Source: an uncultured Verrucomicrobia subdivision 3 bacterium
Lineage (GTDB): Bacteria > Verrucomicrobiota > Verrucomicrobiia > Limisphaerales > UBA11358
Assembly (NCBI GenBank): GCA_903918885.1
Contig: CAIXFY010000004.1
Coordinates: forward strand, 1,166 to 65,165
Length of the DNA: 64,000 nucleotides
Reading direction: 5' to 3'
Shown here: one piece after another, positions 1 through 9,461 of the stretch
Position numbering within the stretch: the first letter of the stretch is position 1
How the letters are laid out: each line of letters opens with the position of its first letter
Notes under the pieces: model-generated
Database searches by the model: none
Seen by the model: only the letters and a program-made list of their open reading frames with translations
Told to the model about the DNA's origin: nothing
Translations under genes and position numbers: made by a program

Positions 1-830
1 AGCCGCCGACCGAGGAGGAACAATTCCAGGTTTACCGCGAAGTGGCCGCCGCGCTGAAGCCGAACGGCGTCATCATCCGCACGCTCGACATCGGCGGCGA
101 CAAGTTCGCCTCCAACCTGCAGCTCGCGCAGGAGATGAATCCGTTTCTCGGCTGGCGCGCAATCCGTTTTTGCCTCGCGCAACCGGAACTCTTCCGCGCC
201 CAGCTGCGTGCGATTCTGCGCGCCAGCGCCGAGGGCAACATCAAGATGATGTATCCGATGATTTCCGGCCTAGACGAATTGAACCAAGCCAACGCGCTCC
301 TGGAAAAATGCAAGGCCGAGCTGCGCGCCGAAAAAATTCCGTTTGCGGAAAATCTCGAAGTCGGCGCGATGATTGAAATCCCGTCCGCCGTGCTCATCGC
401 GGATTCGCTGGCGAAGCGCGTGAAATTTTTCAGCATCGGCTCGAACGATTTAATTCAATACACGCTCGCCGCCGACCGCACGAACGAAAAGGTTTCGCAC
501 CTCTACGAGCCGACGCATCCGGCGATTTTGCGGCTCATCAAGATGACCGTGGACGCCGCGCACGCAAACGGCATCTGGGCGGGCGTCTGCGGCGAAATCG
601 GCGGCGACCCCGTGCTAGCGCCGTTGCTCGTCGGCCTTGGTGTGGATGAATTGAGTTGTGCGCCCGCCGTGATTGCGCAGGTGAAATACGTCATCCGTCG
701 CATCAAGCTGGAAGAGGCGCAACAACTGGCGGCGTTTGCGCTGGCCAGCGAGTCGCCTTCGCAAATCCTCGCTCGCTGTGTGGAGTTTGCGCGTCAAACT
801 GCACCGAGCTTGTTTGAAAAACAGGCTTGA
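1..830 (+). CDS. ptsI: Phosphoenolpyruvate-protein phosphotransferase (PTS enzyme I), C-terminal part; the 5' end lies outside the window
   Basis: The frame is open from nt 3. The translation contains IRTLDIGGDK, NPFLGWRAIRF, MYPMISG, GAMIEIPSA and FFSIGSNDLIQY, typical of the enzyme I PEP-utilising barrel. Stop at 828-830. Confidence 0.9.
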   Translation, partial: PPTEEEQFQVYREVAAALKPNGVIIRTLDIGGDKFASNLQLAQEMNPFLGWRAIRFCLAQPELFRAQLRAILRASAEGNIKMMYPMISGLDELNQANALLEKCKAELRAEKIPFAENLEVGAMIEIPSAVLIADSLAKRVKFFSIGSNDLIQYTLAADRTNEKVSHLYEPTHPAILRLIKMTVDAAHANGIWAGVCGEIGGDPVLAPLLVGLGVDELSCAPAVIAQVKYVIRRIKLEEAQQLAAFALASESPSQILARCVEFARQTAPSLFEKQA

Positions 831-899
831 ATCCGCTCAATGGAAGGGTGGTTTCGGCTACAGATTTTCGCTGCCATGAACCAGCCTGAAACAAATCAT

Positions 900-2402
900 T
901 CAGGGTTTTGGATCGGAATTTTCCCGAAGCATCCAACGCACAGCGAAGCTATCGTCTCGACCTTGATATTGCGAGGCTAGGTCGTAGTGATATTTGCCGG
1001 TATCAGTAATTTCGGAAACATTGTGCCAGCCAATTGACTGAGAGATGTTGGTGTAAGAATAATCTACTGAGTCGCTGAGCAGGTTTTTCAGCGGATGGAC
1101 AACTGGAAAAATGGCTCCCGCCAGCAACCCAGATGTGAGTAGCAGACAGAGTGGGTTTTTGAGGGAAATTTTTTCGGACTGAATCATCCGATCGGCGGCC
1201 AGCGCAAGGAACAGCATCGCTGGTGCGCTGGCCTGCACACGGAGGTCGCCGTAGATGCCGAATTTGTAAAGCGGCAGCAGCAACAGCACGACGCTGGAGC
1301 CAAAAAACAAGGGTCGCCATTCGTCGAGAATTTTTACCTTTCGCTCCACCAGCCAGAGCAACAGCAGCGGGGTAAATTGTAGCCACACGAAAAGCGAGTA
1401 GTAAAAAATCCATTCGGTGCCGGGCAGAAACGCCCCGATGAAACCTTTGTCGGGCAGCGGCAGATGGCCTTGAAAATAAACCCCCAGAATGCCCAGCAGA
1501 ACACCGCCGGCGATGAGATTCACTGGCTCCAAATATTTTTGCCAGCGCACCCGTGGCCATGCGGCCAAGGGCACAAGCAGCAGCCCCAGACTCGAGAGCG
1601 GGCTCCAAAAAACGCACGCCGCCCAGAGCAGGACAACGCCGCGAGGATTTTTCTGCACCCACAGTCTTTCATAAAGAAGCGCCGCGCCCAGCCAGCCGGT
1701 CAGTGCGTGTTGCGGTGCGTAGTTGAAACGGGTGAAGCTGTCGAAGCCGTTGAACAATAGCCCACCATAGAGCAGCTTGGGTTCCAGCTCTGCGCCGGTG
1801 ATAATGCCCGGAATGCCGTGCGATTTTAGCAGCGTCCAAAAAATACAGGTCGGGGCAAACAATAAAATCGCCGCCATGGTTTTCCACGGTGAATTCGTCA
1901 GGGTTGCAACCCACCAGAAAAACAACACCAGCCCAGCCGCCGTCCAAATAAAACTGATGGCGGGCACGGCATCCGCACCCAGCCAACATCCGCCCAGCGC
2001 GGGCACAAGGTAATAGCCCAGCGCATAGCAAAGATAAGTGCCTCCGTCGGCATGCGGATATTTGACCGGCCAACTCGAACCAGTCAGGTCGTGCCAAAGC
2101 AGGTTGTGCTTCACATAGTCGCTGCCTTGCGGCAGCACGCCGCCCACACCGGCCAGCAGCGTCCAGAGAAAGGCCACGGACAGGATTAGCAATATGCTGG
2201 TCAGTGTGAAGGTCGAGCGGGCAAGCATTTTCTTTTGCCAACCAAACGAAGCCACGCTCCAAGCCACAATCAATGCGGTTGGTATGCCGATGATGGGGCG
2301 CACCCAGCCAAGTAAAAAAATCAAATTAGGAAGCGCGAAATACGCCACGCCCAGCGTCAGAAAAATATCGCGCTTGAGAGCGGTCGGGGAATCGGTTTGC
2401 AC
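900..2402 (-). CDS. Polytopic integral membrane protein, possible GT-C-type glycosyltransferase or polymerase
   Basis: 500-aa ORF with a GTG start and about 12 or more hydrophobic segments. It is the last gene of the GT2-GtrA-oxidoreductase operon. I recognise no specific family motif. Confidence 0.5.
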   Translation of the reverse strand: MQTDSPTALKRDIFLTLGVAYFALPNLIFLLGWVRPIIGIPTALIVAWSVASFGWQKKMLARSTFTLTSILLILSVAFLWTLLAGVGGVLPQGSDYVKHNLLWHDLTGSSWPVKYPHADGGTYLCYALGYYLVPALGGCWLGADAVPAISFIWTAAGLVLFFWWVATLTNSPWKTMAAILLFAPTCIFWTLLKSHGIPGIITGAELEPKLLYGGLLFNGFDSFTRFNYAPQHALTGWLGAALLYERLWVQKNPRGVVLLWAACVFWSPLSSLGLLLVPLAAWPRVRWQKYLEPVNLIAGGVLLGILGVYFQGHLPLPDKGFIGAFLPGTEWIFYYSLFVWLQFTPLLLLWLVERKVKILDEWRPLFFGSSVVLLLLPLYKFGIYGDLRVQASAPAMLFLALAADRMIQSEKISLKNPLCLLLTSGLLAGAIFPVVHPLKNLLSDSVDYSYTNISQSIGWHNVSEITDTGKYHYDLASQYQGRDDSFAVRWMLRENSDPKP

Positions 2403-2474
2403 GCGGACAAACTGAAAGACTCCCGCAGCGCCGTCAAAACAATTGTCGCAACTAGGTGGTTTGAGCTCGGAAGC

Positions 2475-3791
2475 TTAAGCCGTCAACCGACTGCGGATGA
2501 GGGCGGCAATCTTTTCGCCCTCACGCACTGCAAAATTTGTTCCTCGATCTTCGGGGAAAATCTGCGAAAAATTTGCCAGAAAAACGCCGGGCAATGGCGT
2601 CTCATAGGCGGGAATTTTTCGTTCGTAGTCCGTGTCCACGATGTGCTGTGCGGCGCGGAAACGGAAAATGAATTTATCTTCCACCTTGCTGGCATCAAAC
2701 TGCGGAAATATTTTTGGCAGATAATCGAACCAGATGTTCCCCAGCGCGTCGTCCGTCAGGTTGAAAAGTTTTTCATCCGGCGCAAGATACGTGCCGATGT
2801 AATAGACGTTCTTCCCACCGTAGAAATCCTTGTCGACGAGTTTTGTGTGCCGAATGAAAACGAGGAACGGCGTGTCGGACGCACTGACATTGACCCAATA
2901 ATAATCGCCGAGACTCTGGTCGCTCGTGAACACCAAACACATCGCGCCAAGATATTCAATGCTGCGTAGCTGCGTCGCATAGTTGCTGAATTTCTCCTGA
3001 TTGGGCAACAGTTTTGCGAGTGCATACGACGAACCGGTAAAGATGCAGAAATCAAACGCAACTTTTTCGCCATTGATGATGGCCGAACGTTCATCCGCGA
3101 GGAAATTTTCCACCATCACGCTGGTCTGGATATTCACGCCGCGCGCGCGAATTTTATTTTCAAGCGCCTTGGTGACGAGATTGAAGCCGCCGCGAAAATA
3201 CCCGAGTTTTTCACCGCCACCCTTGGAGCGTGAGTTGGCGCGCGCATGGATGCGTGCCCAGAACCACGCCATCGAAACTTTATCAAAGTGCCGATCGAAT
3301 TTACCCTTGAGCAGCGGCGTCCAGATGCTTGCCATCGCACTCGAGCCACAGGCGCGCGTCATCCAGTCGTGCGCCGTTACGCGCACAAAGCCGCGCCAGT
3401 TTTTCCGGTGCTTAAGAAGCAACGCAGTGAAACCGGTGCGGAGCCGACCCAAAAAACTGCACGGTGTAAATTTCAGCAGATCGAGCGCAGTTTTGAACGG
3501 GTAGACCTTTCCGGCGTGGAAAATCCCAACTGAGCTGTCGCACCACATCAGTTTGTCTTCGAGCCTCAGTTCTTTGACCAAATCGAGAATCGCCGTGTCC
3601 GTCAAAAAAAGATGGTGGTAGGTTTTTTCCAGCGATGTGCCAGCGAGCGGGAAGCCTGCCGCGAGTCCGCCTAGTTGAGCGGAACTTTCGACAAGCATGA
3701 CGGCTAGATTTTTATCTGCCGAAAGCCGCAAGGCGGCAGTGAGGCCAGTGAAACCGCCGCCGACAATCAGGATTTTTTTGCGAGAAGACAT
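2475..3791 (-). CDS. NAD(P)/FAD-dependent oxidoreductase (amine oxidase / phytoene desaturase-like fold)
   Basis: N-terminal dinucleotide-binding motif KILIVGGGFTGLTAALRL followed by VESSAQLGGL. The ATG at 3791 overlaps the upstream gtrA-like stop in TGATG. The longer ORF reaching 3905 is probably a 5' over-extension. Confidence 0.75.
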   Translation of the reverse strand: MSSRKKILIVGGGFTGLTAALRLSADKNLAVMLVESSAQLGGLAAGFPLAGTSLEKTYHHLFLTDTAILDLVKELRLEDKLMWCDSSVGIFHAGKVYPFKTALDLLKFTPCSFLGRLRTGFTALLLKHRKNWRGFVRVTAHDWMTRACGSSAMASIWTPLLKGKFDRHFDKVSMAWFWARIHARANSRSKGGGEKLGYFRGGFNLVTKALENKIRARGVNIQTSVMVENFLADERSAIINGEKVAFDFCIFTGSSYALAKLLPNQEKFSNYATQLRSIEYLGAMCLVFTSDQSLGDYYWVNVSASDTPFLVFIRHTKLVDKDFYGGKNVYYIGTYLAPDEKLFNLTDDALGNIWFDYLPKIFPQFDASKVEDKFIFRFRAAQHIVDTDYERKIPAYETPLPGVFLANFSQIFPEDRGTNFAVREGEKIAALIRSRLTA

Positions 3792-4183
3792 CAGCTTTTG
3801 CGGAAGGAAATCAGCCGGTTCAAGTTGTATTGCAACAGCACGACCATGGCGAGCGTGGCGGCTTTGGAAAGATATTTGCCGAAGCCGCAGTCGCCGATCA
3901 GCCAACCCAGCAGTCCGCGCGAGGCAAGATAGCCCAGCGCCGCTACACCAAAAAAGCTCAACAGTCGCAATGCGATTCTGTCCGTCACGCGGAAATTAAA
4001 TTTTGCATTGAGAATGAAGGACAATAGCGTGCCGCTGGCGTAGCCGATGGCGTTCGCGGCTTGGTAATCGAGCAATTTCGTCACGACCAACAGCGAGTAG
4101 AAGCAAAAGTCTAAGCCGCCGCCGCTGAAACCGATGACGCAATAGAGCACGAGTTGCTGTTTGTGGAGCGAAAGATTTTTCAA
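3791..4183 (-). CDS. GtrA-family small membrane protein (putative lipid-linked sugar translocase component)
   Basis: 130 aa with four hydrophobic helices and GtrA-like layout (VIGFSGGGLDF ... FNFRVT). The TTG start overlaps the stop of the upstream GT2 gene. Confidence 0.7.
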   Translation of the reverse strand: MKNLSLHKQQLVLYCVIGFSGGGLDFCFYSLLVVTKLLDYQAANAIGYASGTLLSFILNAKFNFRVTDRIALRLLSFFGVAALGYLASRGLLGWLIGDCGFGKYLSKAATLAMVVLLQYNLNRLISFRKS

Positions 4184-5163
4184 GCGGCGGGCGGTTTTTT
4201 CTCCTGAAGATTGATGCCCGCACTATCACGCAACACCCAAAGCGGGCGGCCTTTCACTTCCTCGTAAATGCGTCCGATGTATTCGCCGAGGATGCCGAGG
4301 CAGATGAGTTGCACGCCGCCGAGGAATAAAATTGAAATCACAATCGTCGGAAAACCGGCGCCGGGTGCGAGGCCAATTTTGGAAAATTGCGTCGAAAAGA
4401 TTTTTTGTGCCAGCGTGAATACAACGCCAAAGAATGCAAACGCGGACGACCATAAGCCGAGATAGGTTGCAATCCGTAGTGGCGTGGCGGAAAACGAAAA
4501 AAGTCCGTCCATGGCCAGCGCGAATGATTTTTTGAAAGTGTATCGCGCTACGCCAGCGGCCCGTGCGGGGCGGTCAAACTCAATTGAAGTTTGACGGAAG
4601 CCGCACCATGTCCGCAGTCCGCGCAGGTAACGGCTGCGCTCGGGTAGCGAGTTCATCACGGCGACAACTTTTTTGTCGAGCAGACAGAAATCACCGGCGT
4701 CAGGAGACATGGGCAGCGGCGTCATTTTTTCGAGCAGCCGGTAGAAGCCCCACGCGAGAATTTTTTTCACCGGCGGATCGTGCCGCTCTCTGCGAATGGC
4801 AATCACGACTTCAAATCCAGCGCGCCATTTTTCAAGCAGATGCGCAATCTCGTCTGGCGGATCCTGCAAATCGGCATCAATAATCACGACGCAATCACCG
4901 GTCGCAAAATGCAGTCCGGCGCTGACGGCAATCTGATGGCCGAAGTTGCGTGCAAAGGAAACATAGTGCCAGCGCGGATCTCCGGCGTTTTTAGCTTTGA
5001 GCAGTTCCCAAGTGCGGTCGCTCGAGCCGTCGTCCACGCAGATGATTTCGTATTCGGCCGACCATGTTGCCGCGACTTCGCCGAGGTTTTGAAACAAGAC
5101 TGGCAGCACCGCTTCTTCGTTGAAGCAAGGCACAATGATGGAAATTTTTCCCGGACTGGCCAT
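4180..5163 (-). CDS. GT2 polyprenyl-phosphate glycosyltransferase (ArnC/GtrB/DPM1-like) with C-terminal transmembrane helices
   Basis: ISIIVPCFNEE, VDDGSSDRT and IIDADLQDPP motifs, followed by two C-terminal hydrophobic helices. ATG at 5163 is preferred over the TTG at 5208. Confidence 0.85.
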   Translation of the reverse strand: MASPGKISIIVPCFNEEAVLPVLFQNLGEVAATWSAEYEIICVDDGSSDRTWELLKAKNAGDPRWHYVSFARNFGHQIAVSAGLHFATGDCVVIIDADLQDPPDEIAHLLEKWRAGFEVVIAIRRERHDPPVKKILAWGFYRLLEKMTPLPMSPDAGDFCLLDKKVVAVMNSLPERSRYLRGLRTWCGFRQTSIEFDRPARAAGVARYTFKKSFALAMDGLFSFSATPLRIATYLGLWSSAFAFFGVVFTLAQKIFSTQFSKIGLAPGAGFPTIVISILFLGGVQLICLGILGEYIGRIYEEVKGRPLWVLRDSAGINLQEKKPPAA

Positions 5164-5243
5164 CTTGCAGGTGGTAGTTACCAATTTGTCTTTTAACCGC
5201 AAGCTCAAAACGGCGGCGGCGCGGATAATGGCCTTGTTCTGTT

Positions 5244-5729
5244 TTAATCCCGAAAGTTTCCAAATGACACGGCCACGGGAAAATCATGCCCGCGCACGGC
5301 GGCGATGACGGCTTGCAAATCGTCGCGGCTCTTGCCGGTCACGCGCACTTCGTCGCCTTGAATCTGCGTTGTCACTTTGAATTTACCGTCGCGGATGAAG
5401 CCGGTGATTTGCTTGGCAACGCTGGCTTCGATGCCGTTTTTTAATTTGATGCTCTGTCGGGCATGACCGAGCGGCGAGAGGTCGGGCTCGCATTGCTCGA
5501 TGCTTTTCATGCTCACGCCGCGCTTGGCGAGCTTGCCCACCACGATTTCGTTAAGCGTGCTGGCTTTGTAGGCGTCCTCGGCGGACATTTTAATTTCCGT
5601 TTTCTCCAAAAGGATTTCCCACTTGCTGCCCTTGAAGTCGAAGCGGTTGGCGAGTTCCTTTTTGGCCTGGTTGACGGCGTTCTCCACTTCCATGGAGTTG
5701 ATTTGTGAGACGATGTCGAATGAAGGCAT
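5244..5729 (-). CDS. yajQ: YajQ-family nucleotide-binding protein (UPF0234)
   Basis: 161 aa starting MPSFDIVSQINSMEVENAVNQAKKELANRFDFKGS, which is the canonical YajQ N-terminus. The ORF-track version reaching 5948 is a 5' over-extension. Confidence 0.85.
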   Translation of the reverse strand: MPSFDIVSQINSMEVENAVNQAKKELANRFDFKGSKWEILLEKTEIKMSAEDAYKASTLNEIVVGKLAKRGVSMKSIEQCEPDLSPLGHARQSIKLKNGIEASVAKQITGFIRDGKFKVTTQIQGDEVRVTGKSRDDLQAVIAAVRGHDFPVAVSFGNFRD

Positions 5730-5837
5730 GGCGTGAGCTTGGCAAATTTCACCCGATTTGTCATCAAAACGTGACATGGTTTGGAATTGAACCAGATGGT
5801 TTCTTTTGCGACTTTCTAGTGATTCACAGCCAGCCCA

Positions 5838-6560
5838 ATGCAAGAAATCAAATCCAACGCCGACCTCAAGCCCTGCCTCACTGCGGTGATGCCGGTCTAT
5901 AACGAAGCTGCGACCATTGCCGAAGTCGTTCAAGTGGTGCTTGCGCAACAGCCGGTGCAGCAGCTTGTCATTGTGGACGACTGCTCAACGGACGGGACTT
6001 GGGACAAGCTCCTTCCGCTCGCGCAAAACGAGCCGCGCATCAAACTCATCCGGCACGAGGTGAATCAGGGCAAAGGCGCGGCCTTGCGCACGGGCATCAG
6101 CCACGCGACCTCGGAACTAGTCATCATTCAGGATGCGGATCTGGAATACGACCCGACCGAATATTGTCGGCTGCTTGCGCCGATTCTGGCAGGCAAGGCG
6201 GATGTGGTTTTTGGGTCGCGGTTCATCGGTTCCGACGCGCATCGGGTTTTGTATTTTTGGCATTCGGTCGGCAACAGTTTTCTAACGTTGTGTTCCAACA
6301 TGGCGACGGATTTGAATCTCACGGACATGGAAACGTGCTACAAAGTTTTTCGCCGCGAAATCATCCAGAAAATTGCGATCGAAGAAAACCGGTTCGGCTT
6401 TGAACCGGAAATCACGGCCAAAGTGGCCACGTTAAAAGTTCGCATTTACGAGGTGGCCATCTCTTATTATGGACGCACTTATGCGGAAGGGAAAAAAATC
6501 GGCTGGCGCGACGGCTTCCGCGCTTTGTGGTGCATCTTGAAATATAATTTCTTCCGCTGA
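5838..6560 (+). CDS. Soluble GT2 glycosyltransferase (dolichyl/polyprenyl-phosphate sugar synthase-like)
   Basis: VMPVYNEAATI, VDDCSTDGT and IQDADLEYDP motifs in 240 aa. First gene of a tightly packed operon. Confidence 0.85.
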   Translation: MQEIKSNADLKPCLTAVMPVYNEAATIAEVVQVVLAQQPVQQLVIVDDCSTDGTWDKLLPLAQNEPRIKLIRHEVNQGKGAALRTGISHATSELVIIQDADLEYDPTEYCRLLAPILAGKADVVFGSRFIGSDAHRVLYFWHSVGNSFLTLCSNMATDLNLTDMETCYKVFRREIIQKIAIEENRFGFEPEITAKVATLKVRIYEVAISYYGRTYAEGKKIGWRDGFRALWCILKYNFFR

Positions 6561-6562
6561 CC

Positions 6563-8464
6563 ATGTCCGCTGTCGTTCAATTGTGGGTTTGGTTTTGCGC
6601 TTACTTGAATTTGGCCGGCTGGATTTTATCGGTGTGCCACCAGCTTGATAGTCTGGGCTATTGCATTGCTTTGGTGGTTTTCATTCTGACTACCCATGCC
6701 CTTCGACATCACTTCACAGTTCAGGATAACTTTTCAGACTGGCTGCGAAAATCCCGGCGGCGATTCCGAAAAATTCTGTCGGCGCTATTTTTGGTGGTCG
6801 CCAGCCTCGTATTTTTGGGCGGAGTTTTATACGCGCCGACCAACTATGACGCGCTCACCTACCGCTTGCCCCGTGTCTTGAACTGGCTCGCCGCTGGCCA
6901 CTGGTTCTGGGTTCCCACCATCAACGACCGTATGAATTATTCCGCCCCGGCTACGGAATGGCTGATCGCCCCGCAGCTCGCGATTTTTCATTCCGACCGG
7001 ACTTTGTTTTTGATGAATGCGGTCAGTTTTTTACTCATGCCAGGACTGCTTTTCTCCATCTTTCGGCAGACGGGCGTGGCCCGCAAAGTCGCCTGGACTT
7101 GGATGTGGATTTTGCCATTAGCTTGCGGTTACGCCACGCAGGCCGGCAGTTTGGGAAATGATCTTACCGGAGCCGTATTTGGTCTGGCCTCCGTGCATTT
7201 TGGTTTGCGCGCGCGGCGAACCGGAAAACTTCAAGATGTCTGTCTGGCGTTGCTGGCCGCCGCGTTGCTGACCGGCGTCAAGGTTTCCAACCTGCCGTTG
7301 GTGCTACCATGTCTGGTGGCGGTCTGGCCTGCACTTACGCTGTTCAAAAGAAATCTGTTGGCGGGTTTGGCTCTGCTGGGAATTACCTTTTTGGTTTCCG
7401 CTGGACCAATCATGGCGTTGAATGAATTTTATACCGGAAGTTGGACCGGCGATCCGCATAACTTAAGCCAGCTTCAGGCCAAAAATCCGGTGGCCGCTGC
7501 GTTTGGCAATAGCCTGCTGCTGCTCCAACAATCATTCCTGCCCCCCGTGCTGCCATCGGCGCATGAATGGTATCAACGCTTCAACGAAATTCTTCCCGCC
7601 GCGTGGCATGCCTGGCTCAGGCAAGATTTTCCACGCTACTATCTCGGCGGATTTAACGAACTGCCCAGCGAAGAAAATGCCGGACTCGGTTGCGGCATCT
7701 GTATCACGACGGTTATTTTAATGGCCGCCGCCTTTTTGCCGCTCACCCGCAAAAAAATCTGGAGCTGGGATGCCAGTTTGGCCATTGGCCTAGCGGCGTG
7801 GATTGCCTTTTTCGCTTTCATGCTCAAGATGGGATCCGAGGCGACCGCCCGACTTTTGCTTCCCTATTATCCACTGATGTTCCTGATGATTTTGCGGTCG
7901 CCAGTCCAAAACTTCTGGTTACATTTTCGAGTTTGGAAGATCTGGCTGATGCTCGTTGCTTTAAGTGTTTTGCCCGCCATTGTTTTTTCACCGTCACGAC
8001 CTTTGTGGCCGGCGCTCACAGTGTCACAGGCGTTGTTGAAAAAATATCCCGACAACCATCTGGCGCAGAGAATTGCCGCCGTTTATTCCGGCTACGCGGC
8101 GCGCAACGACCCACTCAAACCGCTACGGGCTCCTTTGCCGGGAAAAATTCAAAAAGTTGGTTTTATCGCCGGTTCCAACGACACGGAATATTCCTTGTGG
8201 CGGCCGTTCGGAACGCGCACGGTCGTATGTCTGCGCCAGCATCGCGCGCGAACCGGTCTGCTGTTGCCTGACGACATCGAATGGATCGTCATTCGCAAAC
8301 CGGTGTGGAGCGAGGCATCAGAAATCCCGTTCGACGTGTGGTGCGAACAACACCATGCGCAAAACGTGGTCACTGCGTCGATTGTCACGATTGTCGGCCG
8401 CGGCCCGGAAGAATGGTGTTTGGTGCATCTGGATCGCGCGCCCGTTCCGGCTGGCCGCCAGTGA
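6563..8464 (+). CDS. Large polytopic membrane protein, putative GT-C-fold glycosyltransferase using a lipid-linked sugar
   Basis: 633 aa, many transmembrane helices, an acidic/aromatic first-loop segment (PTNYDALTYRLPRVLNW) and a soluble C-terminal domain of about 150 aa. It starts 3 nt after the GT2 stop. Confidence 0.5.
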   Translation: MSAVVQLWVWFCAYLNLAGWILSVCHQLDSLGYCIALVVFILTTHALRHHFTVQDNFSDWLRKSRRRFRKILSALFLVVASLVFLGGVLYAPTNYDALTYRLPRVLNWLAAGHWFWVPTINDRMNYSAPATEWLIAPQLAIFHSDRTLFLMNAVSFLLMPGLLFSIFRQTGVARKVAWTWMWILPLACGYATQAGSLGNDLTGAVFGLASVHFGLRARRTGKLQDVCLALLAAALLTGVKVSNLPLVLPCLVAVWPALTLFKRNLLAGLALLGITFLVSAGPIMALNEFYTGSWTGDPHNLSQLQAKNPVAAAFGNSLLLLQQSFLPPVLPSAHEWYQRFNEILPAAWHAWLRQDFPRYYLGGFNELPSEENAGLGCGICITTVILMAAAFLPLTRKKIWSWDASLAIGLAAWIAFFAFMLKMGSEATARLLLPYYPLMFLMILRSPVQNFWLHFRVWKIWLMLVALSVLPAIVFSPSRPLWPALTVSQALLKKYPDNHLAQRIAAVYSGYAARNDPLKPLRAPLPGKIQKVGFIAGSNDTEYSLWRPFGTRTVVCLRQHRARTGLLLPDDIEWIVIRKPVWSEASEIPFDVWCEQHHAQNVVTASIVTIVGRGPEEWCLVHLDRAPVPAGRQ

Positions 8465-8527
8465 TCTGTTCTTGACGCGATCCGTATTCAGATAAGAGCC
8501 TTGGGCTTGGCGGATACCAAATTTTTT

Positions 8528-9460
8528 ATGCCAGATACAACTACGCCCACACCGAGCATTGCTGTGGTCATTCCCTGTCACCAAGAGGCGCTGACTATTG
8601 GCAAAGTCGTTTCCGATTTTCGCCGCGAACTGCCGGCTACGCAAATTTTTGTTTTCGACAACAACTGCACTGACGCCACCGCCGCGCTTGCCGCGCAAGC
8701 CGGTGCCATCGTCATCCGCGAAAAACGTCAGGGCAAAGGCTTCGTCGTCGCCGCAATTTTTTCCAAAGTAGACGCGGACATTCTCGTGATGGTGGACGGC
8801 GATGACACCTACGAGGCCGGCCACGTCCACAAACTCCTGGAACCGATTTTGCGCGGCGATGCCGATATGACCGTCGCCACTCGCCTGAGTGACCGCAGCG
8901 ACAAATCCTTCCGGCCGCTGCATGTCGCCGGCAACCAACTCGTCTGCCGCGTCATCAACTGGATGTATCAATCGGAATTGACTGATATTTTTTCTGGCTA
9001 CCGCGCCTTCACCCGCGACTGCGTCCGCCAAATTCCCATCACTGCACGCGGATTTGATGTGGAAACGGAACTCACCTTGCAGGCGCTGTATCGCGGTCAG
9101 GTCATCAAAGAAATGCCCGCGCCGTATCGCGCCCGGCCGGAAGGCAGCTTCTCCAAGCTCAACACTTTTAGCGACGGATTTCTGGTCTTGCTACGGCTGT
9201 TTTTAATTTTGAAATCCTACAAGCCGCTCACTTTTTTTGGCGGCGTCAGCATCATTTTATTTTTGCTGGGACTGGCCGTCGGTTCCCTGCCGGTGCACGA
9301 TTATCTGACCGACCTAAATCATTATGTGCATCGCGTGCCCAGCGCCATTCTCGCCGCCGCGCTGGTGTTGCTTGCATTTTTCTCGCTCGGCCTTGGTCTG
9401 ATTTTGAACAGCGTCAACCTCCGTCTGCTCGAACTCGAGAAGCTCATCACTAAACGCTGA
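8528..9460 (+). CDS. GT2 glycosyltransferase with two C-terminal transmembrane helices (GtrB/ArnC-like)
   Basis: IAVVIPCHQEA, VFDNNCTDAT and MVDGDDTYE motifs plus a hydrophobic C-terminus. ATG at 8528 is preferred over the TTG at 8501. Confidence 0.8.
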   Translation: MPDTTTPTPSIAVVIPCHQEALTIGKVVSDFRRELPATQIFVFDNNCTDATAALAAQAGAIVIREKRQGKGFVVAAIFSKVDADILVMVDGDDTYEAGHVHKLLEPILRGDADMTVATRLSDRSDKSFRPLHVAGNQLVCRVINWMYQSELTDIFSGYRAFTRDCVRQIPITARGFDVETELTLQALYRGQVIKEMPAPYRARPEGSFSKLNTFSDGFLVLLRLFLILKSYKPLTFFGGVSIILFLLGLAVGSLPVHDYLTDLNHYVHRVPSAILAAALVLLAFFSLGLGLILNSVNLRLLELEKLITKR

Positions 9461-9461
9461 A

